Source: a virus
Taxonomy: Duplodnaviria > Caudoviricetes
Reading direction: 5' to 3' (one strand)
Virus record (IMG/VR): IMGVR_UViG_3300014656_000039
Coordinates: 1-49,297 of that record
DNA length: 49,297 nucleotides
The position numbers were made by a program, and so were the translations under genes. Numbering within the stretch: the stretch's first letter is position 1; every line of letters begins with the position of its first letter. This document shows, one piece after another, positions 46,062 to 49,297 of the stretch. Below the pieces are notes generated by a model, which saw only the letters and a list, made by a program, of their open reading frames with translations, searched no databases and was not told the origin of the DNA.

Positions 46062-46107
46062 ATACATCTATGAATTTAAAATGCAAGGAAAAAATGCATG
46101 TATGAAT
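46062..46107. promoter_or_regulatory. Operators of the CI/Cro switch
   Basis: ATACATCTATGAAT (46062-46075), ATGCATGTATGAAT (46094-46107). Confidence 0.7.
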
Positions 46108-46470
46108 AAAAAAAATGACTTGGCCGACAAAGAATTTGGTTTGCTCGTAAAGGAAAATCGAAAAGCTCGTAAGTGGAGCCAAGAGAAATTAGCGGATCTT
46201 GCGGGGACATCCCAGGGATCTATTTCTAGGATTGAACACGGGACGCAAAATAATTTACAGGAAAACACAAAGAACGGCATACTGAGGGCACTAGGCTTAG
46301 ACCGTGGTTCTGAGGCAGAAACAATGCTTGATTATATCCTTCCCCGGTACTATCTATTGAAAACCCAAATTGATGAGATACGCAGGATTGTGGAAAAAAG
46401 TAACCCGCCAGAAGGCACAGATGAAAGGCGACAACCCTACCTAGAACTAAAACAATTCCTAAAGAAATAA
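46102..46470 (+). CDS. CI-like XRE repressor, no S24 peptidase domain
   Basis: RKARKWSQEKLADLAGTSQGSISRIEHG. Confidence 0.8.
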   Translation: MNKKNDLADKEFGLLVKENRKARKWSQEKLADLAGTSQGSISRIEHGTQNNLQENTKNGILRALGLDRGSEAETMLDYILPRYYLLKTQIDEIRRIVEKSNPPEGTDERRQPYLELKQFLKK

Positions 46471-46489
46471 TCTTTTTTTCCGATATTCT

Positions 46490-46539
46490 ATACATTGATG
46501 AATTTTTTGCTTGACATCTATTATTCATGGGTGTATATT
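46490..46539 (+). promoter_or_regulatory. Sigma70 early promoter with two operators
   Basis: TTGACA 46511-46516, 17 nt, TATATT 46534-46539; operators ATACATTGATGAAT 46490-46503 and ATTCATGGGTGTAT 46523-46536. Confidence 0.8.
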
Positions 46540-46564
46540 TATAAAAACTGAAATAGAGGACACT

Positions 46565-46717
46565 ATGAATCAGGAAACTAGAAAGCTCAACCGTATAAAA
46601 CGAAAGCTCTCAGCCCTGCGTCTGCGTGAGGCGCAGGATATGAGAGAGGTGTATGAGGGATTTTATAGCCTTTTAATGAAATTACATGAAGGGAGGGAGG
46701 TATGGAATTTACTTTAG
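46565..46717 (+). CDS. Hypothetical protein
   Basis: GAGGA RBS; first ORF after promoter. Confidence 0.5.
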   Translation: MNQETRKLNRIKRKLSALRLREAQDMREVYEGFYSLLMKLHEGREVWNLL

Positions 46718-47277
46718 AATCATTAGGTTTTACCAAAGAAGAGTTACAGGAAAAAGTTATTGAACGCCTTTGCCAACAAGTAATGGAGGGTACTGCGGCA
46801 TATGATGAAGATAGAGAAGAATATTTTGAAAAGTCGGCATTTGCTAAGAAGCTCAAGGGTTTAGTTACCGAGCACATTGACGCCAAAATCCATGAGATAG
46901 CTGCCGAACACGTCTTACCCAGGATGTCAGAGTTCATTGAGAATCTTATCTTGCAAAAGACTAACTGTTGGGGCGAAAAACAGGGACAGTCCGTAACTAT
47001 TATTGAGTATATCGTTCAGAGAGCGGAAGCGTATATGACTGAAAAGGTAGACCTCAACGGGAAACCAAATACAGGTCGGGATAGTTATTGGAAGGCCAGC
47101 GATACTCGAATCGGGCACATGATTGATGGATACCTCAAGTACCATATCGAAACTGCGATGAAGGATGCCCTTACGACTGCAAATAATTCAATAGCAGAGG
47201 GCATATCTGCGACAGTTAAGATGAAGTTAGAAGAAATAACAAAGACACTCAGGGTATCGGCAGGAATAAAAAAATAA
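46702..47277 (+). CDS. Conserved hypothetical phage protein
   Basis: GGAGG RBS; helical, TNCWGE motif. Confidence 0.7.
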   Translation: MEFTLESLGFTKEELQEKVIERLCQQVMEGTAAYDEDREEYFEKSAFAKKLKGLVTEHIDAKIHEIAAEHVLPRMSEFIENLILQKTNCWGEKQGQSVTIIEYIVQRAEAYMTEKVDLNGKPNTGRDSYWKASDTRIGHMIDGYLKYHIETAMKDALTTANNSIAEGISATVKMKLEEITKTLRVSAGIKK

Positions 47278-47290
47278 GAGGAGGGCCCCG

Positions 47291-47518
47291 ATGGAGACTG
47301 TAATTGACCTTTGGAGGACGTTAATCAACCTAGATAATTCGCCGCTTTCTTTTCATGTTAATCAGACGAGAATCACCAATGTAGAGCACCAACATGGAGA
47401 CTCACCGTTAATCGTTTTCCTGTGTGAGATTACACAAAAGAGATTTGGCATACCGCTTGACTCACGGGACTTACCTGGAGCGTTCATGTCGGAATTGGCA
47501 AGAGTGAGGCAGGTATAG
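47291..47518 (+). CDS. Hypothetical protein
   Basis: GAGGAGG RBS. Confidence 0.55.
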   Translation: METVIDLWRTLINLDNSPLSFHVNQTRITNVEHQHGDSPLIVFLCEITQKRFGIPLDSRDLPGAFMSELARVRQV

Positions 47519-47590
47519 GCAGGAACCTTCTAACCTCTATTCGTCCCCCTTGAGGGGTGCCCTGTACGGAACAGGGCGAAAGGAGAGGTT

Positions 47591-47959
47591 ATGCCGAAAC
47601 AGGGAATTTTACATGATTATGATTTACATGCGAACCTAGAGGCTTCTAGTCGGATGCAAAAATGTGTAATTTGTGGTGATTATCCCATGCGTTTTCAATG
47701 GGGCGACTATTCTGGTGAGGCAATGTGCATGAAGTGCGGTTGCCCTTATCAACTGAAATGGGGAAGCGATGAACAGGTTGAAAAAGGTGAATACCCTTAC
47801 TTGAACATGCGTAAGGATTTCGTACCCATAGCTCAACAATACTGGAAAGAAAAAGGTAGGTTTGTTTGTTATGCAACAATGATGGGGGAGAGGCCAGGCA
47901 TGGCAGAACTGGTTGAGTGGCTAAAATTATATCATCCAGAAGAACTTAAAGAATGGTAG
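47591..47959 (+). CDS. Zinc-finger hypothetical protein
   Basis: CVICG...CMKCGCPYQ; AAGGAG RBS. Confidence 0.65.
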   Translation: MPKQGILHDYDLHANLEASSRMQKCVICGDYPMRFQWGDYSGEAMCMKCGCPYQLKWGSDEQVEKGEYPYLNMRKDFVPIAQQYWKEKGRFVCYATMMGERPGMAELVEWLKLYHPEELKEW

Positions 47960-47989
47960 CTCCCTACGCAACGGGAGCGAGGAGGTATC

Positions 47990-48442
47990 TTGACCCGTAC
48001 CTGCTACATCATCCTAATATTATTCATTATCTACCTAGCGTTCCATGTCGGTAGAGCATACGGCGATCCCTGGCAGGATTGTGCAACCACCTATTGCACT
48101 ATTTACTACACAGACACTAAGGATCTGATGAGGTTCGAGAAGCGGGTAGGCGACATCGACAGTCTTGCAAGCCGTGTGCTTGAGATAACCGGCCTGAGAT
48201 ACAAGGAAGTGCCGAAGGCTCAGATATATTTGCAGCATGAGAACTGCTACATTGCCTTTGGAATAACTGCACCGGCGGCGTATTATCCAAAAGAGAAACT
48301 GATTAGGGCAAATATAGATTATGTCAAAAAACATCATATAGCCCATGAGTTGACGCACTTCTATGTCTGTCAATATTTCCTGATGTATATGCCAGGACAG
48401 ATGCAAGAAGTGGTAGCTCAGTGGGTGGAGGGGAAGACATGA
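47990..48442 (+). CDS. Exported/membrane-anchored zincin metallopeptidase-like protein
   Basis: N-terminal hydrophobic helix; IAHELTH plus downstream E; GGAGG RBS, TTG start. Confidence 0.65.
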   Translation: MTRTCYIILILFIIYLAFHVGRAYGDPWQDCATTYCTIYYTDTKDLMRFEKRVGDIDSLASRVLEITGLRYKEVPKAQIYLQHENCYIAFGITAPAAYYPKEKLIRANIDYVKKHHIAHELTHFYVCQYFLMYMPGQMQEVVAQWVEGKT

Positions 48443-48609
48443 CTAACCTATATATCCTAGACGAAGCTGATAGGGATTTACAGGATAAGCTCGAAGACGA
48501 GCAGAGGGACTACCGTAATCACGGCTGCCCCTACAGTGACGGGCAGCACGAATACGAACCCAACACCGGACGTTGCGTGTGGTGTGGGGAGAACGAGAGG
48601 GGGGAGTGA
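48439..48609 (+). CDS. Hypothetical protein
   Basis: ATGA overlap; CP...H...CVWCG. Confidence 0.55.
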   Translation: MTNLYILDEADRDLQDKLEDEQRDYRNHGCPYSDGQHEYEPNTGRCVWCGENERGE

Positions 48610-48804
48610 ATGAACGAAGAAGTGATGAAAGAGGCTAGGAATTTCTTTAACGTGGTGAAGGAACATTGCGACCATAATACGGTATCGGCTAAACTGTTCA
48701 TCAATTACCAAGGATTTGAATTGACGTTTGAGTCTAAAGAACACAATGCTCTTAATCATTTAGAGATGGTTCACATGAGAAACATCAAGGGCGAATGGGT
48801 TTAG
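48610..48804 (+). CDS. Hypothetical protein
   Basis: GGAG RBS. Confidence 0.55.
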   Translation: MNEEVMKEARNFFNVVKEHCDHNTVSAKLFINYQGFELTFESKEHNALNHLEMVHMRNIKGEWV

Positions 48805-48827
48805 TATAGCGAGAATGAGAGGGGGGA

Positions 48828-49043
48828 GTGAATGAGATGGGATATTGGAGAGAGATGTACGGAACAAGAAGCCCTGATTTCATCAAAGGGGTACTTGCAG
48901 CGATAGACGCATATTCTATTTGGAAAGATGGCAAGCAATGGATTGGAAGCCCTGAGAAGGATGCAAGAGAAGAAATGAAAGAAGTTAAGAAGGATTTAGC
49001 AGAAGATTCTAAAGTAATTGAATCATTGAGGGATTGGCTATGA
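48828..49043 (+). CDS. Hypothetical protein
   Basis: GAGG RBS. Confidence 0.55.
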   Translation: MNEMGYWREMYGTRSPDFIKGVLAAIDAYSIWKDGKQWIGSPEKDAREEMKEVKKDLAEDSKVIESLRDWL

Positions 49044-49252
49044 CACCCAAAGCCTTAGTTCTTCGAGCGGTGGATAAGCTCGGAGATATGCTGATGGAGT
49101 TTGATTGGGATGGATATTGTCCCTATCCTTTTACTGTCATTGAACATGAATTGATAAGAGATTTTTCTACCGTAGCATGGAATTTAGCACATAAGGCCAT
49201 GAAGGAAGCGATTGAGGAGGAGAGGGAATATGAAAAAATACAAGGTAGGTGA
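49034..49252 (+). CDS. Hypothetical protein
   Basis: Overlapping early-arm ORF. Confidence 0.5.
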   Translation: MAMTPKALVLRAVDKLGDMLMEFDWDGYCPYPFTVIEHELIRDFSTVAWNLAHKAMKEAIEEEREYEKIQGR

Positions 49253-49297
49253 TAAAGTATGGTGGGCACACTGCGGGAATACTCTGGTTAAAGAACC
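49230..49297 (+). CDS. 5' part of ORF crossing the contig end (MKKYKVGDKVWWAHC...)
   Basis: GAGGAG RBS; no stop before the end; in frame with base 2. Confidence 0.65.
   Translation, partial: MKKYKVGDKVWWAHCGNTLVKE

Noticed and set aside
1-49297. Alternative genetic code
   Set aside because: Core genes are full length in code 11, and TAA, TAG and TGA all terminate genes

Overview
The window is an apparently complete (or nearly complete) ~49.3 kb circular temperate tailed-phage genome in its excised form. The two contig ends join in frame into one ORF, and an intact attP (3' half of tRNA-Glu with flanking arm repeats) follows a tyrosine integrase. Layout: (i) + strand early arm (46.5-49.3 kb continuing into 1-6.2 kb) with many small ORFs, an exonuclease + Sak/Rad52-like recombination pair, xis/int and attP; (ii) a ~33 kb - strand late operon (terS, DUF1566 protein, terL, portal, scaffold, HNH, Mu-gpT-like capsid, beta-helix protein, podovirus-type tail/ejection proteins, tail fibre, lysozyme, AdoMetDC, holin, metallophosphoesterase); (iii) a small + strand operon behind a sigma54-type promoter; (iv) a - strand Cro/CII/replication arm with a tRNA-Thr, and a CI/Cro switch with repeated operators. 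The host is not determinable from sequence; sigma54 promoters and the xis/int arrangement are compatible with Desulfobacterota-like bacteria (inference). Most notable: a four-enzyme modification cassette (glycosyltransferase-like, acyltransferase, methyltransferase-amidohydrolase fusion, B12 radical SAM) inside the head-tail genes; several highly structured intergenic RNAs, including one architecture repeated twice in the late operon; two related dif-like sites bracketing the morphogenesis block; and an ATA-initiated terS. All calls are from motif recognition by eye; no searches or folding programs were run.
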